Positions 13,155-26,827 of a stretch of DNA of 64,000 nt are shown piece by piece. Under the pieces are notes generated by a model. The model had not been told where the DNA came from and searched no databases. It saw only the letters and a list, made by a program, of their open reading frames with translations. The translations under genes and the position numbers were made by a program. Position 1 is the stretch's first letter. Each line of letters opens with the position of its first letter. The stretch lies in the NCBI RefSeq assembly GCF_963506605.1, contig NC_083278.1:68696001-68760000 (forward strand). Reading direction: 5' to 3'. Origin of the DNA: Zootoca vivipara. Lineage: Eukaryota.

Positions 13155-13997
13155 AGGTATACAACATAAGATGCATCAAATATTTGGTTTTACAGTCAAT
13201 CAAAAAGTGTTAATTTTGCCTGCAAATCAACTTCATGAAAGATTTTTACTTAACTTAAAATGCAGAGACTCACTGATGATGAATTCATTGTGGATAAGAG
13301 GACTGGGCATTGCAAAGAGCAGGAGGAATAAGATCTTGCAGTCGCTGATGTGGAGTAAATTTAGGACTAGCTGGTTCTGTCCTGCTTCTTTGTACAGTGT
13401 TTTAAAAGTTATTGTGAGGGACAAGTTATTGTGTGTAGTTTTCAGAGTTTTTTTTTCTGTGTCAAGTGGTAAAACTAATATGCTGAGAAAGCTAAAACAA
13501 TTCTATGATTCTATGATTTCTTATCTGCACAACCCTGAAGGCGCTAGGATCTCTTTACATCCATTTAAAGCAATGGGGGAGAGGAAGGAGACTTCATTTT
13601 GGTGTGAGTTGATTTGGACCAAGAGTTCCACAAGAAGTGCCTACAACTTGGTTTTTAAATTAGCAATTTAAAAAGTAGTAACAACATAGCTGTATCTTAA
13701 GGGCATATACAACATTTTACATTGAAAGCCAAGTAAAAAAGCAAGCATTGTTAAAGGATTTTGTGCCCAGAATATATTATGCAATTTTGAACACAGTTAT
13801 AGAATTTCTGTAATTATTCTGGCTGTACTACATATACACTCGCAGAATTATAAATCATTTTTCCAGGGCACAAATAAGCAGGAAGCCAGGAGATAATGGG
13901 ATAGGATCCATGGAGAAAGGCTGATGGAAAGGGATAGCAGAGAAACATTTCCAATGAAAACTGACTAAAGATGCATTTGGTTTCAGAGGGTGATACC

Positions 13998-14127
13998 CAG
14001 GGCTTTTTTCAGCAGGACTTCTGTGGAACTCAGTTCCAGCATCTCTCAGGTGGGTGCCATTGCCATTTTAAAAGAACAAGGGAGGTGTTCATTTCCACCA
14101 TCTCTTTTTCTAGAAAAGATGGCACTG
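13998..14127. mobile_element. Small hAT-type MITE (family also at 36123 and 57094)
   Basis: cagggctttttt ... aaaagatggcactg; 7/8 TSD gtgatacc/gtgatatc. Confidence 0.7.
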
Positions 14128-17100
14128 GTGATATCCAGCATTAAAGCAATTCAGAGTAGATTCAGATCATTGGACTTAAGTCTACTCTGAGTAACACATA
14201 CTTGGATTTCACACAGAATGTTTAACATGCTTTTCCTTTCTGAACCATATGGGTAAAAACAAAGGGCTTTCTCCCACATTGCAATTTTTAGATATGTCTA
14301 AGGTTTTTAATTGTAGATCTAAAAAGACAAGCAGGTTTTTGAAAACATTTATGTCATGCAGGTTTACTCACCGGAGAGTGATGGTTAGCTGCAGTACCTT
14401 GCTGTTTGTTCTTCTGCCAAAAAGAAGGGAAAAGGAAATACTGTAGTGTGTGGGGAAGTCATTCAGCTCATGCAGTGACTTATTTGGAACACAACCCTTA
14501 TAATCTAAAAGACACAATGCAAAGGGAAAAACAGGTGAGGAGGAGTGAGAAAAAACATAGTCATACACTGATTCTTCTTGTAATGACCAGCTGGGATGGA
14601 AATAGTTCAGGTAGCCTGATGGAATGGCTACTGCTGGGTGACTGATGAGTGCGAAGAAGAGATAAAGGCAGGTGCTTTTACACTCAGACATAAACCTAGG
14701 TTTGCTACTATATTATTTTTTGAAGTTGCAGTTTGGCTACAAAAGGTATTTGATAAACAAGAATGGAGGCAAATTAGTCAAGGGTTAGGGGAAAAGGGAA
14801 TAGAGCAGTGCAGTGTCTTTCCCCTTCTCTTACAGATCAGCTTATAAAGCTGTTGATCCTCTGGTGTATTGAAGAACCTTGGCTCGATCTAGACACATCA
14901 AAGAAGCGTTTCAGTTTAAAGCATTGTAAATTTAAACAGGGAAAACAGGTAGAGAAAAACAGGACCCCACGTTGCCATCTGGTGGCATAATGTTATACTG
15001 CACATACAACACATATAAATTGCTTTTTCTTTACCAGTTTAGCTGAGTCCCTGGTGTAAGTAGCTCCACACTCAAAGGAGGAGGCGTACTGTTGGGTGCT
15101 TTCAGCTGTGCAGCATGGAGGAGTGTGCATGGAACCTTTCTGCTCTGAGCTCTACACAAAGAGGGAATGGATCTCAGCGATGCCTCTGAAACACAAAAGC
15201 AGCCTTTAATCAAGAGCCTAAGTGCTGTGTGGAGTTCATGCAAAGGAAGAGGATTTTAAACTTAATTTGAAACAAGAAACATTGCACTGATTTTACTAGC
15301 ATAAAAATAGGTCATTAGACCTTCAAGCTGTCCAGATGCACAGTGTCATAGATAAGCAGTGAACTGAACACTGAGAATCCATATCCAGAACTCCACAGTT
15401 TTGACTGTCTCTCGGACAACACACCATTTGACACAGTTGCTTTTATTTCAGAGGGTTTATATAGCTTACAAATATTTTTAAGCATTTCTGCCGTATATGG
15501 TGTACTGTCAACAGAATTATCTATGAAGAGTGTATACATATAGTTATCCAAAGAGTAACATGATATCTGCTATCTGAGGCATTATGTTTGTGTTTGGAGA
15601 CCAGGATAACACCAATGATTCAAAAGATTCTTCTGTAATGAATTATTACACATATAGTCAAGGGGGAGAGAGAGAGAGAGAACGAAACTTTGGGTAAAGT
15701 TTATATTGAACTTTGTGACAAGTTATATTTACTATCAACATGATGTCTTCAAAGGAGACAGTAAAGGTCATATCATTGTAATGGCATGTGTGCCTCTGAA
15801 GGAAAAGGCATGTCATCATATGTCACACATGCCTTAAGTTTATAACATAGCACCTTAGTCTCAAAAGCCAATATAACAGGTGTGTGGCATATCTTTCATT
15901 TCCCTGACACCCCTGGGAGGTGACACACAAAACTGAATCCTGCACTTCAGCCAATAGAATATCCTTTTAAAAAAAACAGATGAAATGTGAGAAAGGGGCT
16001 TCATCTATCCAGGGTATATATGTGAACTGAAAATTCACATATCCCTTCACCCCATCAACTACCCTCCCCTAATTCAAGAAGTGTTTGCAATCTCTAACTC
16101 ATTTGTATTCTTCTCCTTATTATGTCTTCATGATGAAAACAAAACAACGCAGAATATTTGCTAGTTGCCTATTTACTAGCCATGCCTACTTTTCACAAAT
16201 TTGCAGTTTCCCCTAGAGACTTTTTTTAAGTGTGGGAGGAAACCGAAACCCACCCATAAATACATCCTTAGAAATAGCTGGGCTGACCTGGAATAGCCCA
16301 GTGTACATGGTATGCTTCTTTAATACAGAAGGGCCGGTTCCAGAGAGTGCTAGAATTAAGCAAGATCCTGCCCAACAGCACCATCACTCTGCACTGAGCA
16401 TTCAGCAAGTTGAAAAGATTCTTAATTTGCATGCCCTCCACAAAAAGAAGGACTGCTTAGGTATAGAAAGTTGTGTACAATACGTGTTTCATTGTAGGAA
16501 GTGGGGCCTCAGAGCAATTGTACACCTATTAATAAACCATTTGCTGTTTTTTAAAAGTCTGCTCTTGACTAGGTTTTTGGCTGAAATACTTGCTGTAGCT
16601 TCAGAATTATATATGGCACCATTTCCTTGGAAAGTGAAGGCACCACTATAAAATTATGGCCTTGACCCCACCCCCGGTGCTCCAGTTATTTCACAAAGAT
16701 ATACTGAATTGATTCCACTACTGTTCACTCTTTACTTTGATGTCCTCTAAGAAACAAGACAATAGGGCAGGTGCATTGCTGTGAGAATTACTAGCACAGA
16801 AATATGTGGCTAGTGAATAATATTGGCACAGTTGTTTTGTTTTGGACTGTGATTGTGATTACTTCTTGGTCTTACTGCTTTTCTTTCTACTAAATTATTG
16901 GGAAATGTGGTAAAATAAAATGATTCAAATGTCTTCCTTGATAATCGCTTTCCCCCTGCAGCCTCCAATGCTGCAATTAACAATTTAAAGTAACTGTATT
17001 AGTTCTTGTTCATGTGGGGACGATCACTTTTTCCTCCAGGTCAGAGTGTACATTGTGTGTTTCTTTCTGAAATCACTGCTTTTTTATTTAAAATAAAATG

Positions 17101-18368
17101 TATCCAATGTGAGTTAAGATTTCTTGTCCAATAGCATTATGACCAAAAGTAATCATATCCCAGTACAATGGTCATGCTGTATACCTCTGTATGTATAACT
17201 GGTGAGAGCTCAGAGTTGCACCCTTATGACACCTGACCAATGCATATTTGATGTTTGTAGCACCAGCTGTTTGTAGTGGATGTCTGTAGCAGAAGGCTAC
17301 CAGTACACATGCCAACATGTATGGAATCCAAACATGCAGTGTGTACCCTTCATTTTCCAGGAATTTAGATTGTGTGTACAAAGATTCTGTGTATAGGTTA
17401 CTATGCAGGCATTGTGGAGGCTGGGTGCAGCAAGGGATGAGCCCATAACTTATATCACAATTTACCCCACACATATGTACAGGTGCATGTAAGTTTATCT
17501 TTGCATTCGTGCTATCCTCCAGTCATTTCCCAGCAATAGTTCCAAAACCAACACATTAACAAAGCTGTAATTAATAATGTTGGAAATAAATAATAATTTC
17601 TTATCGTTCTCTCTTCACATTTTTAATAGCAATCAGCGTTTATTGTGCAAAGAAAATGTGACTAATTGAGCAAGGTGGGAGGTGACATCAGTTCAAAATG
17701 CTTAAAATAAGCTGTAGAGCAAGAAAACACAAATTACACGAAAGCTTCAAGCACCCTGGGAATTCGAAAAAGTTTCAGGTTCCACAGTAGCCTTTGCGGG
17801 TCAAAGGTTATTTAACTCATACCCATTTTACATACTAGCTTGATTAATGCTTGATCTATTGCAAGGCTATCACTATTTATTTGTACTATGAATATTTTAC
17901 AAGGAGGGACAAATTGCCTGCCTGCCTGCCTAGCAGTATATTAAATATCGTCCCTTTTGCATGGAATCCAGTTGAAGTTTTTTCTTGGCAAAGCAGCAAT
18001 GGAAAAGAGAATCAATTCCTCTCCCCCCCCCTTTTGTAACTTTCTTTGTATCTCATAGCAAAAACGTATGCATATCTACTCAGAGGTAAGTCCCACTAAA
18101 TTAAATTAGACTTACTTCCAGGTAGGTGTGCATAAGATTGGAAAGGAAATATCTGTACAGCCCACCATAATGACCCCAGGCAAAATGTTGTTTCTTTCTT
18201 CCCTGCCCACTGCTGGAATTCTTGCATATAACAGCAAAGAACAGAGTTTCTTTATATACATTTATGGGTGGGAGGTTGAGAATCAAAAAAGTGGAAAGTA
18301 CCAGCTCACCTTGGTTCATGACAGGATCCTCTGATTTAGCTGGAAGAGCTGCAGAAGGATAAAAGATA

Positions 18369-18812
18369 CAATATTTTTCTGTGTATAAGACGCCCCCATG
18401 TATAAGATGACCCCTATTTTTTAAACCCAAAATTAATAAATCAATATTTTCATAAAATCAAATAAATCAAGATTAAAATATCAATATCAATAAATCAAAC
18501 AGAGCAACTTTGAGCTTTTTGAGGGGGGTGTCGCCCAAAGTTAGGGTTGCCATATTTAAAGAACCTGGGCTGCCCGTGCCAGAGTCCAAGCCTGAACCGA
18601 AGCCCAGGCTGCCCGCACCAATGCCAAAGCCTGGGCCGGCAAAGCTGGAGCCTGAACCTGAGCCCAGGCCTCCTGTGCCAGCGTTGGAGCCTGATCCCAA
18701 GGCTTCCCAAGCCCGAACCCCTGTGCATTCACCATCTATTTATAAAACAAGCTCTAATTTTTGACTAATATTTTTTTAGCAAAAAATGTGGTCTTATACA
18801 CAAAAAAAACGG
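18369..18812. mobile_element. Non-autonomous Tc1/mariner (Tc2/pogo-like) element
   Basis: TA flanks; TIRs caatatttttctgtgtataagac ... gtcttatacacaaaaaaaacgg; internal GC-rich short imperfect repeats. Confidence 0.75.
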
Positions 18813-19046
18813 TAACTGGAAATTATAAATGATACATGATTAAGATTGGAGAGCAGTGCACGTATGTATATGTGTATGTGTTATGTGTGCTGTTCTACAC
18901 ATGAAAAATGGTAGCAGATTGCTGAATGTGGTTTTTTACACATTCCAAGCTCTTTGCATGTCATGGGAGAAGATGGTATAAACCCTTTCTTTCTAATATG
19001 CTAATTTATTACCTTCAGTTTGTTACCTTTTGTTTTCAGTGTAAGG

Positions 19047-19190
19047 ATTCATAGAATCATAAAATTGTACAGTTGGAAGTGACCCTGGTGTTCATCTAAT
19101 CCAATCCCTTGCAATGCAGGAATCTCAACTAAAACATCCATGTCAGATGGCCATTCAACCTCTGCCTAAAAATCTACAATGAAGGAAACT
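19047..19190 (-). mobile_element. CR1 3' end fragment
   Basis: attcatagaatcataaaattg...cagatggccattcaacctctgcc, same family as 6905 and 43770. Confidence 0.7.
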
Positions 19191-21140
19191 CTATTAAAAA
19201 GTCATGTATTTAGAGCACCAAACCCACAGCCATGTTTCAGTGGGATTTAAGTGCATAACTCAGTGAATGATTGCAGTTAAAGATAATGAGCTCTGATTAT
19301 TCTTTACATAGAAGATACACTGTTAACAGAAATAGATTATAATTCTTCAAGTATTTGACCTAGTTTGGAAAGCAAAAGTATAATTTTGTTTCTGCTTCCT
19401 TGATGGAGGAGATACTAAGGTGAATTTTCACTTGTTATATTTTCCAGATATTTGAAATATTTCAAATTATTAGAAACATTAAGCTATGGATTCCATAAGT
19501 AAATGTTGCATTTTAAACACAGGATTGACTCTATACCATCTTTTCTAAAAAATAAAATAAAATACAGTGTTCATTTCCAAAAAGAACTCTTGATATGCCT
19601 TAAAAGTCAAATATTGACAAGACTCTTTATTTTGAGTTCTTGTACCCTGCTGGTCAGCCCAAAAGTCTCCTAGAGGGGCTTACATACAATCAAAACAAAA
19701 AGGCATGGAAAAAAACATGATGCACAAAGGAAAAGGGACAGGGAGGGAAGAGGAATATCAATATCAAAACTCTGGCTCCAATTTCTAAACAGTTGGTCCT
19801 AAAACGGCCAGCTGGCACAGTTCAGTGGCAAGAGATGCCCAATGGCACTGGGCCTCCAGCAAAGCTGATTAAATGAGCCCTGCTTCCTATCTCTCCCACT
19901 GAGGCAGACCTCTTCCCCTTTGACCTTCCTCTCTTCCTGCACTGGGAGCCTTTGCTGGGTTTCATTCCCCTCCATGGATGGAAGCAGCCCAACTCTGGAT
20001 CCAACTCATACAATTTAATATACTGTACTCCTTAAATTGAGATTGAACCCAAGTACAACCTGTACTACTAGTTGACAGGAGAGAAATACAGCTATATGTA
20101 TTTAAAACGACAGGCAGATGGGCTTTGTAAGCAATAAACTAACATGTAAAAGCTACAACATTTGAAATAGCTTCTAATTTATTTGCTCTGTAGTTGATGT
20201 TTAAACAAGTTTTAGCCCTCGAGGGTTGGAAGGGGGAAGAGAAATTAAATAGTACAGTAGTTTACTACTTTAAATCAATCTAAGAAGGCTATCTGAATTA
20301 ATACACAGCTCCAGGCAATAGGATATTTTTGTCTGATTTGTAAATCTGTGTTTTCACCATCCAACCCATGACACTGTGTGGAATAGGACTGCTGCTTCTG
20401 CTGGCAGCAGGTTGGGTGGAAGAAAATCATTGGTTAGTGTTCTATTTGATTCAAATGTATATATTTTGAGAATTCCCCATTAGCTCCTATTAAAGTGCTG
20501 GTAGAACGGGGAAATCTGATTGTAGGATAAATGGCAACTTTTAAGAATATAATATAAATGGTCACTGTTTGCTCAGATATACTCCAAAACAATGTTTCCT
20601 TGTCAGGAAGTGCTGGGGGGAACATGTCACAGAATACTGTACTTGATATTCTGTAAACAGGACATTAAATCATTTACCCTGTGATCCTGAAGCTGTTAGC
20701 TTGAAAAATCTCACAACCTAGAATAGTGGGGAATTCATGGAATACTGACACCATCCCACAAAACTGAAAAATAATTACATATAGAGGCTACAGGAAGATT
20801 TGATGCAACACAAATCTACTACCAATATTTCCATACTTGGAAATAAACTACTGTACAACAAATATTAAAATCAGTACAAATCTAGAGGGAAATGGAGTTA
20901 TAACTGAAAACAAGTATGTTTTGATAAAGAAACTTTGGTGGACTAATTTGGTTTCTCTTTTAATAATGAAGCGGACAAAGTATGACCTTTAGGCGCTTTA
21001 TAACATTTTTCTCCAAATTTGCAAACTAGAAAACATACAATAATTAAGTGGTTGGCTTTATTTATTTTTGTTTTAATACATTTATCCCACCCATCATGGT
21101 AGCACTGACCTGACCTAGACCTGCTTCTGTAGGATGGTGG

Positions 21141-21330
21141 CATAAGAACATAAGAGAAGCCCTGCTGAATCAGGCCAAAGGCCCATCTGCTCTAGCATTC
21201 TGTTAACATGGTGGCCCACCAATTGCCTATGGAAAGCCCACAAGCCAGGACCTGAGTACAGCACCACTCTCCCCAGCAACTGGTATTTAGAGGCCTCTGG
21301 TAGTGGAGTAGAACATAGCTATCATGGCCT
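21141..21330 (-). mobile_element. CR1-type 3' end (second subfamily)
   Basis: cataagaacataaga tail followed by gccctgctgaatcaggccaaaggcccatct. Confidence 0.6.
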
Positions 21331-24295
21331 CTTTTTCTGACAGATTGGTCGGGATCACTGAGGTCAAGGCTACATTTAATTCCTGTAGCCTCCCTTTTCT
21401 TTTCACAATTTTGCTAACCCCTCATTCACTCTTTATGCATGACATACTTTATGTATGGCCGCTGGGGATATAATTATGCTTTCACTCTGTGATTCTATAT
21501 CTTTGACCAAGGCAGAAGGGCAGAGTAATCCTAATCCTGGGCAGGAAACAATTAGAGCTGCAGAGCCACCACTGCATCTGAAACCTTGCTGATTCCTACT
21601 GGTCAGGGTGGAATGCGAGGGAGGAGTTTCATTGAGTTTTTGCTAGACTGGACCCCACAGCTGGCAATGGTTCATCTCCCCAAAAGCCCCATTTAGGGGC
21701 CTTCTATCACGGTAGAGCCCCACCTTTCAGTAGTGCTCCTCTTCACCAGCAGAGGGGTCCATGTTTCATCTTACCACCACCCTGCTCCAAGCCATCAACA
21801 TTATGGGTGTAGGATTGATCCCCAACTCAAATAACAATACAGATCTTAAGGTTCCATAAGAAGGCTATTAATTTTCTTTACAATAACCGGGAAATAGCTG
21901 ACTGCTTATCAGTCAGTTCTCTTCCTCTTCTTGCTGGTGGTAGTGTGCTCTCTTCATGGATATCTGTCAGCTTGTTGTTTTTCTTACACTTTGTAGGTGA
22001 AAATCAGGAAGATTGTAAGATTTTAAATATGGTTTTTAAATAAATTTAAGTAGCAAGCTACACTGATTAATGGAATGAGCTCATCTCCAAAGTTTACTTG
22101 CTGTATGGCTTGGTTTGCTGCTGAATCACTTGCTTCTCCATCTCAAATACTGTATGTGAGGCTTTAACTAACCTTTCTCTCAGGAGGCCATACATAGCCT
22201 GGGGTTAAACTTGGAAAAATCTTCTATGTAGAGTTCCATTAAGTTAAGACTCCAAAGAGGACCTCTTCAGTACTGAATTATGGGCCTGAGGTTCTGATCT
22301 CTCTGCGGGAGACAAATCAGCATGTCATAAGCTTTTATTTCCCCCCTAGAAGATTACAAAGGCATCTGTATATCTCTTCTCTCAATATGTCAGTAGCTGA
22401 GCTGTGCGGTTTGGGTGCTGCTGCATAGTATGAGCAGTCTGATTTCTCCCCACCCCCATAGTCCAGACTTTCTGTTTTGTACTTGGTGTTGGGTGAACAT
22501 TGGATCACAATTACATTGGGCTGGTTGGTATTGTGGACTCAAATGATTGGCCCATTAATGGTTTGTTCTGAGATTTGCAGCTGGGCGTGAGTGGCTGGCA
22601 GTTCCAGAATTTGCCTTCAAAATATGTGCTGGATTTCAGTTCCTCGTCTGCCACAAAGTATGTTATTTGTAGACCTTCATTGACCGTGGCCCTTTTCTGT
22701 TGTTGCTTAACAAGAGTCTGCATGTCTCTCTCTTTCATGTAAACCATGCTCTATGGCTAGCTTTTAAGGGACTCCTCAGGGAGATCTTTAGGGAGATACT
22801 GAAAAAGAAATGGAAACCAGCAGAAAAGAGTGGGATTTTTCCCCTACTGTGAATTCTCACTTTGACATATGTACATTAGCACTCACATATGAGTAAAGGA
22901 AAATACAAGTCATGCTTTTCAATATCATCACATTAGGATCTCTGCCAGGAGAGCAAAGTAATTTTATAAATAATTGCTTAGGGTATATACACCTCTATAA
23001 CATCTTTATACACCTAGAGACCATGCCTTTGTGGTCCTGAGCTGCATATTTCTCTCTGTATATTTCTAGGTCCTATGACATATCATTGATTCTAGCACAA
23101 AGTGGCTTGCATTCTCTTTTCTGGTATTTACTGAGTAGAAATATTTGTTGTTATTGTTTTAAAAAGTTGAGGTGCTAAGGGTTAATAATGCAATTTCTCC
23201 TATGATACCAATATAAAAAGTGAAGTTTGATGTGGCATTTGCATCCTAGAGCAATTCCCATGTGTGCACTCATGTAAAAACAAATGGGTCATTCATGCAA
23301 TTGGATTGGAGACAATTCCATCAATGACAAATAGCCAAGAAACTATCAGGAAGTTGCATGAATGATTCATTCCAGTGATATGTATGTACTTGGAAGAATG
23401 ACCCTGGAAGCTACCCTGAGGATACAAAACGTACTGAAGTTCACTTTATAATAAATATTAAAATTTACACATTTAAAATCACAACAAATGAAATTTACAC
23501 AAATTCTTCTATAGCTCTTCCAGCTAAATCAGAGGCTCCTGAGCCTGCTGCTACCTCTGTCTTGTGGGTGGGTGGTGTTATTTTGGCCATAACTCCAGAA
23601 GCACAGGAAAACTTAATTTGGAAATAAATGATGGTGAGAAAATTCAGAGAAAGGGCAATTGCTGATCTTCTGCTTACTGTTTGGCTTTGTGGTTTATACA
23701 TTTGTTATATGCATAGTTTGTAGTAACTTTTGTTCTCTTTATGAGAGGGAATGTATACAGACAGCTGTTAGCAGTGTTTCAGCAGATACAGTTAAGTGCA
23801 TCCAAGGATTTTTTTAGTTTTGATTCAGAATAGCTTTTGTGGGAGGAACTGAAAAATGTAGAAGCATGTTGTGGGTGTTAACAAAAAATCCTATTTATCT
23901 TGGCATGTTTGCTTAATAGACACTTTTCAAGGCTAAATAATAAACACAAAAGTAAAGGGTTTCACACTGTGGAATTTAATGCTAAAATATTTCTGGATTC
24001 CATGTTGTGGGAGGACATTAAACACTGTGAGATAAAGAACAGTTGGCTTCACACCCGCCCAGCAGATTCTTCAAGAAATCCAATATCATTTAAACCGTTA
24101 CCAAAGTGGTACCAGTTGCTAGTCGCAACAAACGTTGGGGACAGCTGTTTCTTGGAAAGACAACTCTCAAAGAGGTTTTGCAAATCTAATCCAAGATTGG
24201 CCATTTCTCATGAAAAAGCTAGCTAGTTTAGTGCTGGTCAAACCAGGAGAATTATTGACCAACTATGGCGGCAGTCAGCTGAAGAGTCCTTAGAA

Positions 24296-24648
24296 CAGGG
24301 CCCCCCCAACTTACCCGGCTTTGGGCCGGTGCCGGCCGTGCCGATGGCGCGGCGGGCTGGAGGGCGGGGGAGCGCGCAGGAGCGCACGCCCATACACATG
24401 CGATTTCCGGAAATAGCTTGTGCGCATGCACATGGGCCTCCTCCACGCGCACAAGCTATTTCCAACGCTCCCCCAACCCAGAAGTGCGCCGGAAATTATG
24501 CTTGCGCATGTGGCACAAGCTGTTTCCGATGCTCCAGCCACCCGGAAGTGGGCAGCCGTGCCGCTCCGGTACGAACGGGCTGCTGGGGCCCCATAGATGA
24601 GCCTTGCGGGCCACATCCAGCCCGCGTACCATAGTTTGGGGAAGCCTG
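24296..24648. mobile_element. hAT (Charlie-like) non-autonomous element
   Basis: caggg(c)cccccaact ... agtttggggaagcctg TIRs; perfect 8-bp TSD ccttagaa (24288-24295 and 24649-24656); CpG-rich. Confidence 0.88.
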
Positions 24649-24924
24649 CCTTAGAATGTTGCTGCCATTCAGCTGGATGAGATGAGCTCTGCTTCTGAAA
24701 TGGCCCAAACATCCTTGGAGGTGCCTTCAGTACCACCATGGAAAGCTTGAAGCATAGAAGTACCATTCACGGTTTTCTGTTGCACGGGGGACAGGGGTAT
24801 GCTAGGGGTATGCACTCAGTATAAAAAAACAACCACCTTGTCACATTTTGGTTTCCTTTCCTCAGCTATGCCATGATGCTTTGTAATCATGATTTAACTC
24901 TGTACATTTCTTTTCTTTTCTTTT

Positions 24925-25138
24925 CTTTATATGCCACCTTTATCTTCCAAGGATCTCAAGGTGGCACACATGGTTCTTCCCCATTTCATCTTCACATCTG
25001 CAACCTTGTGAGGTCGGTTAGGCTAAGAGATGATGACTGGCTCAAGGTCACCCAGTGAGCTTCATGGATGAGTGGGGATTCGAACCCTGCTCTTCTAAGT
25101 CTTAGTTCAACAACTCTAACCATTATTCCACACTGGCT
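24925..25138 (-). mobile_element. tRNA/CORE SINE (MIR-like, Squam2-type)
   Basis: CORE-like caaggtcacccagtgag, B-box ggattcgaaccc, L2-like tail. Confidence 0.75.
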
Positions 25139-26170
25139 TTTTTCAATTTTTCTTCATCTTAGTGTAAAATTATATATAATAAAATAATTATATATAAATC
25201 TATAAATAAAATAAATAAATATTAATGACCCCCCCAACCCTTATTTCCTTGACACCCTCCCTAAAGGCCAAGAACTCTGGAGCTGAGGTAATTTCCCTCC
25301 CATTGGTGTCATTGGGTGGGTGGGTTTTGATACAGGGGAAATAAAAAGGGGAAAGCTATCCCATTTCTTATTCTTGCCATATTGAGTCAATAGGCTTAAG
25401 AAATGGTAGTAGCTCTGCCAAGGATTCTCCCTCCCCCTTACTTCCATGGGATTACTCTGTATATTAATGAAAACAATAGACAATAATTTGAATTTGATAA
25501 TAGTTCTGAAGCAATATAGTCTGTTGTAATGAAATAAAGCCAAATTAAACTTGACTTCAAAGTTGTGTTTGATGGACTTGGTTCTCTCGCATTGAAACTA
25601 TTAATCTAGAGGGAGCATTCTTAGATGTCAACATTATTAAAAATGTGTTCTGCAAGATGCTGGGAAAAATGGAAGAATGCAGGGTTTTTTGTTACTTCAG
25701 TGAATGACTTATCTCATAATTTAAATGTCAACTTCAATAAAATACATGGTTTATTCTCAATATTTGCATTTATCCTTTCAAAATGAAGGATTGGCATTGG
25801 TCTAGACATTATATCCAATTCCATGTTGCAGAATGTTGCACAGAAAATGCATCCTGACTACAGTTGCTGAATGCATAATCCTAATCATGTCTATTCAGAA
25901 ATAGGTCCTATTGAAGTCATTAGGGCTTGTTCCCATGTAAATGGGGTTAAGAGTCCAGCCTAAACCTGTATTATTCTAATCATTATGTTTTCAGCTAATT
26001 TATTTATCTGATAACTTCCCAGAGATACAAGATCAGAAATTCAGATGTGTACTTTAAGAGTTATCAAAGTAAGCATCTAAATATCTCTGGTTGAATCTTC
26101 AGTTGTTGTGGTCATATCATGGATATTCTTATAGTTATAACTGATTTGACCTTTCAGTTGTGTCAGACTT

Positions 26171-26325
26171 GTTGTTTGTTGTTTAGTCGTTTAGTCGTGT
26201 CCGACTCTTCGTGACCCTATGGACCAGAGCACGCCAGGCACTCCTGTCTTCCACTGCCTCCCGCAGTTTGGTCAGACTCATGTTCGTAGCTTCGAGAACA
26301 CTGTCCAACCATCTCATCCTCTGTC
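26171..26325 (-). mobile_element. Bov-B (RTE) LINE 3' end
   Basis: gttgtttagtcgtttagtcgtgtccgactcttcgtgaccc...gaccagagcacgccaggc, characteristic Bov-B 3' terminus. Confidence 0.8.
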
Positions 26326-26655
26326 AGTTACTTGTTAGACTCAACTTTATTTTTCATTAGAAGGATACCTCCATACTGATGCAGTGCCTTTTTCTCTGGA
26401 TCAATCATATCAAATAATATTCAGAAATAAGAATGTAAAAAACAAATTTCTAAACATCATTGCTTTTGTTCTACTGGGCAGGAACTAAGGAATCCATCAT
26501 TCTGCAAACATTACACTTGGCATATTGCCATATTCTAGTGGACACTAAATTTTGTATTGCTCAATAAAACTGTGCCATGAGTCTTTTGGTTCACCTGGAC
26601 ATCATGTAGGCTTAATTTAGATTTCTCTCTCCCCCCCCCCTTTGTGCACTTTCAG

Positions 26656-26827
26656 GTGGAGATAGAGAAGCTGGACTATCATCACTATCTGCCATTGTTT
26701 TTCGATGGTCTATGTGAAATGCAATTTCCCTATGAGTTTTTTGCTCGGCAAGGCATCCATGACATGCTGGAGCATGGAGGGAACAAGATCCTTCCTGTCA
26801 TTCCTCAGCTCATTATCCCAATAAAAA
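26656..26827 (+). CDS. PACRG: PACRG internal coding exon (equivalent to human exon 3)
   Basis: Encodes [57 protein letters not shown], recognisable PACRG; pyrimidine tract + ttcag acceptor, AAA A|gtaagt donor; 172 bp, phase 0 to 1. Confidence 0.97.

Noticed and set aside
13075-13671. 198-aa ORF
   Set aside because: Starts at a non-ATG codon within a Sauria SINE; no recognisable domain or splice support
25875-25960. Recurring ~85-bp hairpin (aatcc...gtaagtcccattga...ggcttactccc...ggattg; also near 6105, 10020, 18060, 32530, 39140, 53135) as an ncRNA or CRISPR-like repeat
   Set aside because: Dispersed, diverged copies of an abundant squamate palindromic repeat, with no array or spacer structure
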